Shown here piece by piece: positions 8,479-18,336 of a stretch of 64,000 bases of DNA; within the stretch, counting starts at the first letter, position 1, and each line of letters starts with the position of its first letter. The position numbers and the translations under genes are program-made. The stretch comes from Clostridia bacterium (GTDB lineage: Bacteria > Bacillota > Clostridia > Oscillospirales > CAG-272). The DNA is taken from contig JAFUKI010000057.1 in assembly GCA_017467815.1 (NCBI GenBank), positions 72,155 to 136,154 of the forward strand. Reading direction: 5' to 3'. The notes beneath the pieces are model-generated. The model ran no database searches. It saw only the letters and a list, made by a program, of their open reading frames with translations, and was not told where the DNA came from.

Positions 8479-9486
8479 ATGGAGTACAGAGTATTGGGCA
8501 AAACCGGTCTTAAGATATCACGTTTGGGGTTTGGCGGCATCCCTATTCAGAAAATTACTGCCGAAGGTACGAAGACACTGATGCAGCAGCTGCTGAAAGA
8601 GGGTGTCAACTACATCGATACCGCACGTGGCTATACGGTCAGTGAAGAATACCTGGGTTATGCTATAGAGGGTATACGGGAACATTTCGTTCTTGCCACC
8701 AAAAGCATGGCACGTACCAGGGAAGCCATGGAACAGGATATCGCCATCAGCCTCCGGAACCTCCGCACCGATTACATCGATCTGTATCAGGTACATAATC
8801 CGACTCCCGGCGATCTGGAACGGGTTATAGCCCCCGGCGGTGCACTGGAAGCCCTGCAGGAAGCCAAAGCACAGGGGAAAATCGGTCATATCGGGATTAC
8901 CCTTCACAGCGTTGACCTATTCCGTCAGGCATTGGAATTTCCCTGGGTGGAAACCATAATGTTCCCGTATAACATCGTGGAAACCCAGGGGGAGGAACTG
9001 ATTGCCCGGTGTACGGAAAAGAACATCGGTTTTATTTGCATGAAGCCTATGGCGGGCGGAGCCATTGAGGATCCGGTTACTGCATTGCGGTTTGTGGTAA
9101 GCAATCCCCATGTAACCGTTGTCATTCCCGGTATGGCGGATGCAGAAGAAATTGCCCAGAATGTATCGGCAGCAGCGGACACAGCACCGTTGAGTGACCG
9201 GGAACTGGAAAAAGCTGCAGAGATCCGGTCGTTTTTAGGTACCAATTTCTGCCGGCGCTGCAATTACTGCGCCCCTTGTACCGCAGGGATCAACATTCCG
9301 ACGGTTTTTCTGCTTGAAGGTTATTACAGCCGTTACGATCTGAAGGACTGGGCAGTAAATCGTTATGCACAGTTGGCGAAAACCGCCTCCGACTGTATGG
9401 AATGCGGTGCTTGCGAAAGCCGTTGTCCCTACAATCTTCCGATCCGGCAGATGCTGAAAAATGCGGTTCAGGTAATGGGAAAATAA
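8479..9486 (+). CDS. aldo/keto reductase with C-terminal 4Fe-4S cluster domain
   Basis: Starts MEYRVLGKTGLKISRLGFGG, typical of AKRs. C-terminal Cys clusters CRRCNYCAPC and CMECGACESRCP. Start moved to ATG 8479 behind AAGGAG; the track start 8416 is a TTG. Confidence 0.85.
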   Translation: MEYRVLGKTGLKISRLGFGGIPIQKITAEGTKTLMQQLLKEGVNYIDTARGYTVSEEYLGYAIEGIREHFVLATKSMARTREAMEQDIAISLRNLRTDYIDLYQVHNPTPGDLERVIAPGGALEALQEAKAQGKIGHIGITLHSVDLFRQALEFPWVETIMFPYNIVETQGEELIARCTEKNIGFICMKPMAGGAIEDPVTALRFVVSNPHVTVVIPGMADAEEIAQNVSAAADTAPLSDRELEKAAEIRSFLGTNFCRRCNYCAPCTAGINIPTVFLLEGYYSRYDLKDWAVNRYAQLAKTASDCMECGACESRCPYNLPIRQMLKNAVQVMGK

Positions 9487-9551
9487 TGCACCAATGTAAT
9501 CTCAGAATAGTGATTCCATCAAGGCAAAAAGAGCTATTTTATCAAGATAAC

Positions 9552-9588
9552 AAAACAGGACACCCGCAGATGTCCTGTTTTCTTTTTC
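9552..9588. terminator. hairpin terminator between convergent genes
   Basis: AAAACAGGACA-CCCGCAGA-TGTCCTGTTTT followed by CTTTTTCTC. Confidence 0.5.
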
Positions 9589-11379
9589 TCAATAAAGTTC
9601 TCTGAACATTTCAATCGCTTCTTTAAAATCTGTAATAGCTGCATCCACAACGGACGGGTCGGCCATGTCAATACCTGCAACCTTCAGGCTGTCAATAGGA
9701 CTGATTCTGCCACCGCAGGAAAGGAAGGCAAGGTACTGTTCGATATATGCTTCCCCTTCATTCTCAATTCTGCGGACAATGGCAGATGCTGCGGAAATAC
9801 AGGTAGCGTACTTGTATACATAGAAGGAACGATAGAAGTGGGGAATTCTCATCCACTCAAGGGCGATCTCCTTATCGCATACAACATTCTTGCCGAAATA
9901 TTTCTTTACAATATTGTAGTATGTGTCGCAAAGGCTCTCCTGGGTGAGTGTGATGCCCGACTCGGTCATGGCGTGGATGTCACGTTCAAATTCCGCAAAC
10001 ATGGTCTGACGGTAGAGCGTTCCCTTATAGGTTTCCATCAGCTGGTTGAGAATGGACAGCTTTTCTTCCCTGCTGCCAGACTCACGAAGCATCTTGTGGC
10101 AGAAGAGCAATTCGTTTACAGTGGAAGCAACTTCTGCTACGAAAATCGTGTAGCTCGACTCCTGAGGAGTGTTGTTCTTGCAGGAGTAGTAGGAGTGCAT
10201 GGAGTGTCCCGCTTCGTGGGCAAGGGTGGAAACATCATCAATCTTCTCATTGTAGTTCAGTAGAATGTAAGGCTGTGTATCATAGCAGCCTGCACTGTAT
10301 GCACCGCCGCGCTTACCCTTGGTGGGATATACGTCAACCCAGTTTTTGTTCTTGATCCCGTCCTCCAGTGTGCCTGCATACTCGGCGCCAAGGATCTTTA
10401 CCGTGTCGATAACCGTTTCAACCGCCTCGTCAAAGCTGTATTCCTTGGTACAATCGGGAATCAGGGGCGTGTACAGGTCATACATATGCAAAGCGGGAAG
10501 TTCCAGAACCGACTTCTTCAGGTCAAAATAGTCGTAAATAACCTGCATATTGCGGTTGACAGTGTCAATGAGGTTGTTGTAGATAACGGGAGTTACCTCG
10601 TCGCTGTATGTGGAAGCCTCAAGGCTGGAGCCAAAACCTCTGATCTTTGCCAGAGTGGTTCTCTCCTTTACGGTATTGCCGAGCAGAGACGCAAAGGTGT
10701 TGCCGAACTGCTTGTAGGTGGCATAGAGCTTCTTGAATGCGGCACGGCGCACACGTCTGTCTTTGCTGGTCAGGCGGAGTACATAGGTGGAATCGGTCAG
10801 CTCAACCAACTTCCCTTCTTCGTCACGGATCTTGCCGAAGGTCAGGTCTGCGTTGGAGAAAACACCCTCCACCTTGGCGTTGGTACCAAGGCAGATGCCA
10901 ATGTCTGCCAGAAGCTGTTCCTTATCGTCGGAGAGTGTATACTTGCGATAACGGCGGCTCAGTTCGATGGTACGCCGGAACTCCTCAAGCTTGGGCAGTT
11001 CTGTGTACCATGCGTCAAGGGTCTTATCCTTGATCTTGACCAGCATGGGCGAGAGGAAGAAGGAGGCGGAATTTGCCTCGTTTGCCAGATTCATGATCTT
11101 GCCGCTGAGCGCCAGATACTTGTTGTCCGACTTGTCCAGATCGGAAGAAAGGAATGCATATTCATAAAGCTTTGTGATCACGCGGTCCAGATCGGTACTT
11201 GCCTGCAGAGCATCGTAAAGTCCTTCGGCAGATTTGGACATAGTATCACGGTGACGCGGAAAATCTGCGATACAGGCTTTTGCGCGCTCAAAATCAGCCT
11301 CGAATTCCGCTTCTGTCTTGTAGATACCTGTCAGATCCCACTTATATTTGGCTGGGATTTCGCTTCTTACATGTGTCAT
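9589..11379 (-). CDS. pepF: oligoendopeptidase F (M3B family)
   Basis: 596 aa, with zinc motif HEAGHSMH and family-typical length and architecture. Confidence 0.9.
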   Translation of the reverse strand: MTHVRSEIPAKYKWDLTGIYKTEAEFEADFERAKACIADFPRHRDTMSKSAEGLYDALQASTDLDRVITKLYEYAFLSSDLDKSDNKYLALSGKIMNLANEANSASFFLSPMLVKIKDKTLDAWYTELPKLEEFRRTIELSRRYRKYTLSDDKEQLLADIGICLGTNAKVEGVFSNADLTFGKIRDEEGKLVELTDSTYVLRLTSKDRRVRRAAFKKLYATYKQFGNTFASLLGNTVKERTTLAKIRGFGSSLEASTYSDEVTPVIYNNLIDTVNRNMQVIYDYFDLKKSVLELPALHMYDLYTPLIPDCTKEYSFDEAVETVIDTVKILGAEYAGTLEDGIKNKNWVDVYPTKGKRGGAYSAGCYDTQPYILLNYNEKIDDVSTLAHEAGHSMHSYYSCKNNTPQESSYTIFVAEVASTVNELLFCHKMLRESGSREEKLSILNQLMETYKGTLYRQTMFAEFERDIHAMTESGITLTQESLCDTYYNIVKKYFGKNVVCDKEIALEWMRIPHFYRSFYVYKYATCISAASAIVRRIENEGEAYIEQYLAFLSCGGRISPIDSLKVAGIDMADPSVVDAAITDFKEAIEMFRELY

Positions 11380-11696
11380 ATTGATACCTTTTCTTTCTTG
11401 GATAGTATTTTGATTTAATTATACCCGTATAATCTGTTTTTGTCAATGAAATTGGCGCTTGTTTTTATAAAAATACCGGAATCTTCCCGACAGAAGAAAA
11501 TTTCACAACTATAAGCTGATATTTTAAACCTGTTTTCATATACTATTGCTGTTTTTGTGCCAAATTGTACACCCAGCGGCTGTTACCGGAAAAGAATGTT
11601 CGGGCACTTTTATTCGATATGCACGCCAAACTGCATGAATTCCCCGCAAAAGGTCGCAATGATGTGCTGTATTGACAAATGTTTACAGAAAAAGGC

Positions 11697-11725
11697 TTGA
11701 CAAATATCTGTCCGGCACTGATAAT
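11697..11725 (+). promoter_or_regulatory. putative sigma-A promoter of the ABC exporter operon
   Basis: TTGACA (11697-11702), 17-nt spacer, GATAAT (11720-11725), about 70 nt upstream of the start codon. Confidence 0.35.
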
Positions 11726-11794
11726 ATATAATAGTTTGTTTACGAAAGAAAATATTGCCTGTAAAGGCTGTTTTATTTGAAATGAGGTGATCTT

Positions 11795-13600
11795 TTGCTT
11801 TTCGGAAAGCATATCAACCGTTACTATCTGAAGTATCTGCCCGCCATCCTGTTCGGTATCGCGGCGCTGATTCTTGTGGATTATATGCAGCTTGTGATCC
11901 CCGAGTTTTACCGCTCGGTCATCAACGGGCTCATCGACGGGACTGTGACGGAAAACGGTGCTGTCCTTCCCTTTGACATGGACTATCTCCTGGATAAGAT
12001 CTGCCTGCCGATGATTATCGTTATCCTCTGCATGGTGTTCGGGCGTTTCCTGTGGCGTGTCTGCTTCCGCGGCTCCGCCATCCGTATGGAAACCCATTTG
12101 CGCGGTCTTATGTTTGACCGGTGCAAGGATCTCTCTCAGCAGTATTACCAGGTCAACAAGGTCGGCAATCTTATGACACTGTTTACCAATGACCTGGAAA
12201 CAGTGCAGGAATGCTTCGGCTGGGGGGTTCTCATGTTCTGTGACGCCCTGTTCCTCGGTCTCCTTGCCATTATCAAAATGTACGCCATGAATCCTCTGCT
12301 GACGCTCTTCTCCATGATCCCCATGCTGTTCCTCTTCGGTATCGGTGCGGTTCTGGATCACCATCTGGAAAAAAGATGGGATGCACGTCAGGCGGCATTC
12401 TCTTCCCTCTCCGACTTTTCTCAGGAAACCTTTTCCGGCATCGCGGTGGTCAAGGCATTTGTCAAGGAAACCGTGAAACTGATGGGGTTCCGTGAGATCA
12501 ATAAAACCAACGAGGACACCAATGTGGCACACACCAAGCTCTCCACATTGCTGACGGTTCTGGTAACCCTGTTTGTGGAATCAGTGGTCTGCGTCATCCT
12601 CGGTTACGGCGGGTATCTGGTACTGAACGGTACCTTCGATGCGGGACAGCTGGTGGAGTTTATCGGCTATTTTACCGCAATAATCTGGCCGGTTATGGCT
12701 GTCTCCCAGCTTATTGAAATGCGCTCCCGCGGAAAAGCATCCCTGAAACGTATCGGTGAACTGCTGGATGCCAAGCCCGATGTGGTTGACCGACCCGGTG
12801 TACGGGAATCGGCTCCCCTGAAGGGTGACATCGAATTCCGCCATCTCACCTTCCGCTATCCCGACGGAGAATACGATGCCCTTTCGGATATTTCTTTCAA
12901 GATCAAAGCCGGCGAAAATGTGGGTATCATCGGAAAAACGGGATCGGGCAAGACCACGCTGGTGGATCTGATCCTGCGTACCTACAATGTCCCCGACGGA
13001 ACCCTGTACATGGACGGTCAGGACATCAACACCATTCCCATCCGCACGGTCCGTCAGTTCTGTGCCTACGTACCCCAGGATAATTTCCTGTTCAGCGACA
13101 CCATCGCCAACAATATCGCTTTTGCACGCGGAGAAGCGGATGGGGAGATCATCCGTGAAGCGGCAAAAATGGCGGATATCCACGACAACATCGAAGAATT
13201 CGCCGAAGGTTACGAAACCGTTCTCGGCGAGCGCGGCGTAACCGTATCGGGCGGTCAGAAGCAGCGGATCTCCATTGCCCGTGCCCTTCTGAAAGATGCA
13301 GGGATTCTGATTCTGGACGACTCCGTATCCGCCGTTGACGTAAAAACCGAAAAAGCGATTCTCGGCAATCTGCGCGCGATAAGAAAGGGCAAAACCACCA
13401 TTCTCATTGCCCACAGAATTTCCACCATTGAAGGCATGGACAAGATCGTGTTTATCGACGACGGCAAAGTAACAGCTGTCGGCACACACAGCGAACTTTA
13501 TGAAACCTGTCCCCCGTATCGCAATATGGTGGATCTTCAGCGGCTGGATGAGGAACAATCCAAAGAGGATGCTGCAGAGGAGGTGACAGAAAATGTTTGA
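11795..13600 (+). CDS. ABC transporter permease/ATP-binding protein (type I exporter half-transporter)
   Basis: Six-TM N-terminal domain, Walker A GKTGSGKTT, signature VSGGQKQR, Walker B ILILDD. TTG start behind GAGGTGA. Confidence 0.9.
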   Translation: MLFGKHINRYYLKYLPAILFGIAALILVDYMQLVIPEFYRSVINGLIDGTVTENGAVLPFDMDYLLDKICLPMIIVILCMVFGRFLWRVCFRGSAIRMETHLRGLMFDRCKDLSQQYYQVNKVGNLMTLFTNDLETVQECFGWGVLMFCDALFLGLLAIIKMYAMNPLLTLFSMIPMLFLFGIGAVLDHHLEKRWDARQAAFSSLSDFSQETFSGIAVVKAFVKETVKLMGFREINKTNEDTNVAHTKLSTLLTVLVTLFVESVVCVILGYGGYLVLNGTFDAGQLVEFIGYFTAIIWPVMAVSQLIEMRSRGKASLKRIGELLDAKPDVVDRPGVRESAPLKGDIEFRHLTFRYPDGEYDALSDISFKIKAGENVGIIGKTGSGKTTLVDLILRTYNVPDGTLYMDGQDINTIPIRTVRQFCAYVPQDNFLFSDTIANNIAFARGEADGEIIREAAKMADIHDNIEEFAEGYETVLGERGVTVSGGQKQRISIARALLKDAGILILDDSVSAVDVKTEKAILGNLRAIRKGKTTILIAHRISTIEGMDKIVFIDDGKVTAVGTHSELYETCPPYRNMVDLQRLDEEQSKEDAAEEVTENV

Positions 13601-15500
13601 GTTTTATCCCCTTTTGGCTGTAGGCGCGGTTCTTGGCGTACTTTCTGTCATATTTATTGCCGCCTATCTGACCATTCGTAAGCAGAAGGAAGCCATCGGG
13701 TTTGACCGGAACATGAAAGACAGCGAGATCGCCCGCCGTCTGTTGGTTTACGCCAAGCCGTATTGGAAAAACTTCCTCTTTGTGCTCTGCGTTATGCTGT
13801 TTTCCGTGGCATACGATATTATCTCCCCCATTCTCCTCGGTGAGATCATCGAAGTGATCAAGGCGGACAGCAGTGCAGCCGCCGATGCTGTTTCCAAACT
13901 GTTCGGGTTGGTTGTGCTGTACGGTTCCATTCTGATTGTCTCCCTGATCTGCACCTATGTTCAGGCAATCGTCCTGCAGCGGACCGGTCAGAAGATCATT
14001 TCCCGCATCCGCGAGGATCTGTTCGATCATATCCAGCAGCTGTCCCACAATCAGCACAACGAAATCCCCGTGGGCAAGCTGGTGACACGTGTGACAAACG
14101 ATACAGCGGCTATCTCCATGATGTTCACCAATCTGATTGTGAACCTGATCAAGAACTGCTTTATCATCATCGGTGTACTTATAGCCATGATATGCCTCAA
14201 CTATATGCTGACTCTCATGGTTCTCTGCTTTGTACCCTTTATCGTACTGTTTACGGTAGTGTTCCGCAAATTCTCCCGGAAAGCCTACCGCAGAGTAAAG
14301 GACGGCACCACCGATATCAACACTTTCCTTTCCGAAAATCTGTCCGGCATGAAGATCATCCAGATCTTCAACCGTGAAGAGTGGAAAAAGGATGAATTCG
14401 AGAGAAAGAATCAGGCTCTCGGCAAGTCCAAGCAGGGGGAAATGTTTGTGTTCAGCATTTTCCGTCCCCTTGTGTATATGCTGTACATCTCCTCCATCCT
14501 CTGCCTTCTGTATCTGGCAGGTCGGGGATATATCAGGGATGTTACCTTCCTGGGTCAGACAGTGACCAGCGGCATTGCCGTTACATTCTATTCCTACATC
14601 AACAAATTCTTCAACCCCATTCAGAACCTTGCGGAACAGTTCAACTGGCTGCAGTCCGCCTTTGCCTCCGCTGAGAAAATCTTCACCATTTTCGATATGG
14701 AGCCTGAAGTGACCGATGTCCCTGATGCCGTAGAACTGGATTCCATCGAAGGCAATATCGAATTCCGCGACGTGTGGTTTGCGTACAATCCCGATGAATG
14801 GATCCTCAAGGGCGTATCTTTCACGGTAAAAGCCGGAGATACTGTAGCCTTTGTCGGTGCAACAGGGTCGGGGAAAACCACCATTCTCAGCCTGCTGTGC
14901 CGGAACTACGACATTCAGAAAGGACAGATTCTGGTGGACGGACGGGATATCCGCACCATCAAAATCTCCTGCCTCCGCCGTCATTTCGGGCAGATGCTGC
15001 AGGATGTATTCCTGTTCTCCGGCACCATCCGTTCCAATATTCTTCTCGGACTGGAAGGTGTGGATGACGACACGGTAATGGAAGCGTGCCGTTATGTCAA
15101 CGCGGATCATTTCATCGACAAATTGTCGGGCGGTCTTGATGAAGTTGTGCGTGACAGAGGCAACAACTTCTCCGCCGGTCAGCGTCAGCTTCTGTCCTTT
15201 GCAAGAACCATCGTCCACAAGCCCACCGTCATGATTCTTGATGAAGCAACGGCGAACATTGACACGGAGACGGAACTTCTGATTCAGGATTCCTTAGAAA
15301 AAATGATGAATATCGGCACCATGCTCATGGTTGCCCACCGGTTGTCCACCATTCAGCACGCGGACAAGATCATCGTGCTCTCCCACGGAAAGATCATAGA
15401 AGAAGGCAATCACGCCGAACTTCTGGAAAAGAGGGGGCGGTATTACGATCTGTACCGGATGCAGTTTGAGAAGGAACGGCTCAGTAAGTCCAATGCGTAA
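13593..15500 (+). CDS. ABC transporter permease/ATP-binding protein (heterodimer partner)
   Basis: TM domain plus Walker A GATGSGKTT, signature FSAGQRQL, Walker B VMILDE. 8-nt overlap with the upstream gene. Confidence 0.9.
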   Translation: MFEFYPLLAVGAVLGVLSVIFIAAYLTIRKQKEAIGFDRNMKDSEIARRLLVYAKPYWKNFLFVLCVMLFSVAYDIISPILLGEIIEVIKADSSAAADAVSKLFGLVVLYGSILIVSLICTYVQAIVLQRTGQKIISRIREDLFDHIQQLSHNQHNEIPVGKLVTRVTNDTAAISMMFTNLIVNLIKNCFIIIGVLIAMICLNYMLTLMVLCFVPFIVLFTVVFRKFSRKAYRRVKDGTTDINTFLSENLSGMKIIQIFNREEWKKDEFERKNQALGKSKQGEMFVFSIFRPLVYMLYISSILCLLYLAGRGYIRDVTFLGQTVTSGIAVTFYSYINKFFNPIQNLAEQFNWLQSAFASAEKIFTIFDMEPEVTDVPDAVELDSIEGNIEFRDVWFAYNPDEWILKGVSFTVKAGDTVAFVGATGSGKTTILSLLCRNYDIQKGQILVDGRDIRTIKISCLRRHFGQMLQDVFLFSGTIRSNILLGLEGVDDDTVMEACRYVNADHFIDKLSGGLDEVVRDRGNNFSAGQRQLLSFARTIVHKPTVMILDEATANIDTETELLIQDSLEKMMNIGTMLMVAHRLSTIQHADKIIVLSHGKIIEEGNHAELLEKRGRYYDLYRMQFEKERLSKSNA

Positions 15501-15514
15501 GGCACTTTGAATTT

Positions 15515-15856
15515 ATGAAAAAAGCTGTTATACTTTTCGGTTTTTCTCTTGCCTATGGGCTTCTGTTCAGTCTCGGTTCTGAATGTATGCTGAGTCTGCT
15601 GGGCATATCCATGGCACTTTCGCTGGACGGCGGGATAATAAACCAGTATCCGCGGTTTATTCCCTTCTGTATGCTTGCCGGTCTTCTGGCTCTGGCGGCG
15701 ACAGTGATTCTATTTATTTACCATCTTCGTACGGCAGAAAAGCTGGGTTTTACCAAAGGTCTGTGGTACGTACAGTTCCTTTCCGCTGTTGCTGTCTCGA
15801 TTCCCATGATCGAACTGTGGGAAAGGCTGTTTGCGTTTTTGCGGGAGACATTTTGA
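15515..15856 (+). CDS. hypothetical membrane protein
   Basis: 113-aa ORF with 3-4 hydrophobic segments, 15 nt after the ABC gene. Weak RBS. Confidence 0.5.
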   Translation: MKKAVILFGFSLAYGLLFSLGSECMLSLLGISMALSLDGGIINQYPRFIPFCMLAGLLALAATVILFIYHLRTAEKLGFTKGLWYVQFLSAVAVSIPMIELWERLFAFLRETF

Positions 15857-15924
15857 GGATATACGGACTGTATCGCATAGATTGAACATCACTTTGAAAA
15901 CAGAAATATTTTTCCAAATACAGA

Positions 15925-15953
15925 TTTACAAATGGTTTTGTTTATGCTATAAT
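15925..15953 (+). promoter_or_regulatory. putative sigma-A promoter upstream of the GH31 gene
   Basis: TTTACA (15925-15930), 17 nt, TATAAT (15948-15953), followed by a ~115-nt leader. Confidence 0.35.
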
Positions 15954-16070
15954 GGTGAAAACACCCTCTGCCGGGATCGGAGAGTAGTGTGAAAATACCG
16001 AAATCGAAACCGTAAGTGTACCTATTTCACACTTTGTTCGTCGCATAAATGCGACAGATGGAGGATTACT

Positions 16071-17639
16071 ATGGTATATCGTATCAAATTTTTGGAAAAT
16101 GAATATTTCTGGGGCGGGGCGGTTGCTGGTGGGACGGATATGCCCATTCATGCCGCCAGCACATACGTCCGGGATTACAGAAAGGGCGGCAGAAATCAGA
16201 TGATGCCGCTTTTTCTCTCCAGTAAGGGCAGATACATCTGGAGCAATTCCCTTTTTAAGGTGTGGGTAGAAAACCGTGAGCTTTGCTTTGAAGGCGGGGA
16301 TTTCGAGCTTTACGAAGAAGGCAAATGCCTCAAAGATGCTTATCTGGCGGCAATGGAACGGCATTTCCCTTTTACGGAAACACGCGAAAACGGCAAAAGA
16401 ATGCCGCGAAAGTTCTTTGAAACCGCGCAATACAACACTTGGATGGAATTCACCTATGATCCCCATCAGCAGGGGGTTCTGGATTATGCCCATGCCATCA
16501 TCGACAACGGCTTTGAACCGGGTATTCTGATCATTGACGAAGGCTGGCACACACGTTACGGCTTGTGGCAGTTCGATTTTCACAAATTCCCCGACCCTAA
16601 GGGAATGATAGACGAACTGCACGCCCTCGGCTTTACGGTAATGTTGTGGGTCACACCGCTGCATACCGCTGACGGTCAGGAATTTATCCGTACATATATG
16701 GAAAATCTCAATCCGGACGGCGACAGAAATCTTTTCCTCCGTACCGCAGAAGGAAACATCGCGCTCGTTTCATGGTGGAACGGGTATTCTGCCATTCTTG
16801 ATTTTCGGAAAGAAAGTGACAGAGCCTTTCTGGATGAAAAACTGCAGTTCCTCATGAAAGAATACGGTGTGGACGGCTTCAAGTTTGACGGCGGCAGTTA
16901 TGCCATGTATCATCCGGACAACATCTGCAACGGAAAAGCCGCAGCGGATCACGATCCGGAAGCACTCAATATTGCCTGGAATGAGTTCGGCGCACGGTAT
17001 ACCTTCCACGAATACAAGGATACATACAAAGGCGGCGGAAAGGCAACCATACAGCGGTTGGTGGATCGCAATCACACCTGGGATTCCAACGGTATCAATA
17101 CGCTTCTTCCCTGCTCGATGCTTCAGGGACTTTTCGGTCACCCCTTTGTCTGCCCCGACATGGTAGGCGGCGGTGAGTGGTCTTACAATATTATCCCCGG
17201 CTTCAAGGTGGATGAAGAACTGTTTATCCGTATGGCACAGGCTTCTGCACTTTTTCCCATGATGCAGTTTTCCTGGGCACCCTGGAGAGTGTTGTCAAAA
17301 GATTCCTTCGATATTGTGTTAAAGGCAGCCCAGCTGCATAAAACCATGGCACCGGAGATTATCGAACTGGTGGCGGATGCCGAAAAAACAGGCGAACCCA
17401 TTATCCGTACGTTGGAATACAACGATCCGCATCAGGGGTATGAAGAAATCACGGATGAGTTTATGCTGGGTGAAAACATCCTCGTTTGCCCCGTTGTCAC
17501 CAAAGGCACTTTTGAAAAAGACATCACCTTCCCGGAAGGTACCTGGAAAGATGAAGACGGAAATGTATACGAAGGCAGACAAACCCTGCATTTGCCTACA
17601 CCTTTAACGCATCTTCTTTGGTTCAGACGGGTTAAGTAA
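16071..17639 (+). CDS. glycoside hydrolase family 31 protein (NET37-like subgroup)
   Basis: 522 aa with motifs IIDEGWH, FDFHKFPDPKGMIDELHALGF, GVDGFKFDGG. GGAGG RBS. Confidence 0.75.
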   Translation: MVYRIKFLENEYFWGGAVAGGTDMPIHAASTYVRDYRKGGRNQMMPLFLSSKGRYIWSNSLFKVWVENRELCFEGGDFELYEEGKCLKDAYLAAMERHFPFTETRENGKRMPRKFFETAQYNTWMEFTYDPHQQGVLDYAHAIIDNGFEPGILIIDEGWHTRYGLWQFDFHKFPDPKGMIDELHALGFTVMLWVTPLHTADGQEFIRTYMENLNPDGDRNLFLRTAEGNIALVSWWNGYSAILDFRKESDRAFLDEKLQFLMKEYGVDGFKFDGGSYAMYHPDNICNGKAAADHDPEALNIAWNEFGARYTFHEYKDTYKGGGKATIQRLVDRNHTWDSNGINTLLPCSMLQGLFGHPFVCPDMVGGGEWSYNIIPGFKVDEELFIRMAQASALFPMMQFSWAPWRVLSKDSFDIVLKAAQLHKTMAPEIIELVADAEKTGEPIIRTLEYNDPHQGYEEITDEFMLGENILVCPVVTKGTFEKDITFPEGTWKDEDGNVYEGRQTLHLPTPLTHLLWFRRVK

Positions 17640-17660
17640 CATCCAATACTACATCACAGA

Positions 17661-17697
17661 AAAAAGCCCTGGGATCATGTGTTCCAAGGCTTTTTTG
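17661..17697 (+). terminator. hairpin terminator after GH31
   Basis: AAAAAGCCCTGG-loop-CCAAGGCTTTTTT. Confidence 0.5.
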
Positions 17698-18201
17698 TAT
17701 TTATGATCCGTTTATCCCCACGGAGATCATTCCGTATACAGCAGCACAGGACCATACAGACCGCCGGAAGCAGTATCTCCTTTGCCTGCTTTCTTTCCCC
17801 CGCCAGATAGGAAGACACTTCACAGGTCTCCCATTTATCGAAATGATCCGTATGAACATACCAGTTTGCCGCAGTATTGGTCACAACTACTTTCAGCGTA
17901 TTTTCCGCATCCAGTACACCGGCGGGGACTTTCAACCGATAGGGCGGTATCAATACGTGTCCGTCCGTCGGTCGTTACGATATATGCAGACGGAATATTT
18001 ACGCAGGGTGCTTGTGGTTCGTCCGTGAATACAGCGGTTACGTTTCCGACAAGGGCATTTCCCAAAAGCGGATGCATATTTTTCGTGGGGAACTTCAAGG
18101 AGATATTCCGTTGACGTCTTGTTCATCCGGCCGGGATGATCGGCATATCCTTCGGTCAGGTGGGAAAAATCATCGCCCAGGGTCATACTGTATTCCGTCA
18201 C
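17675..18201 (-). pseudogene. frameshifted remnant of a glycoside-hydrolase C-terminal jelly-roll domain
   Basis: Three overlapping minus-strand ORFs in three frames (17950..18201, 17835..18098, 17675..17953). The pieces join as ...KFPTKNMHPLLGNALVGNVTAVFTDE...PPYRLKVPAGVLDAENTLKVVVTNTAANWY, resembling the xGxNxLxVxVTNxxxN motif of GH2/GH106-type sugar-binding domains. No N-terminal catalytic part is present. Confidence 0.45.
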
Positions 18202-18336
18202 AACAGAATCCTCAGTAAAAATATATGGTTTGGCAAAATGAAAGAATAATACAAATTACATATTTATTGACGCAAAATACTATTTACCCCATGTAAAAAT
18301 TATGATATAATGTAAGAAAAAACGGAGGAAACCGAT

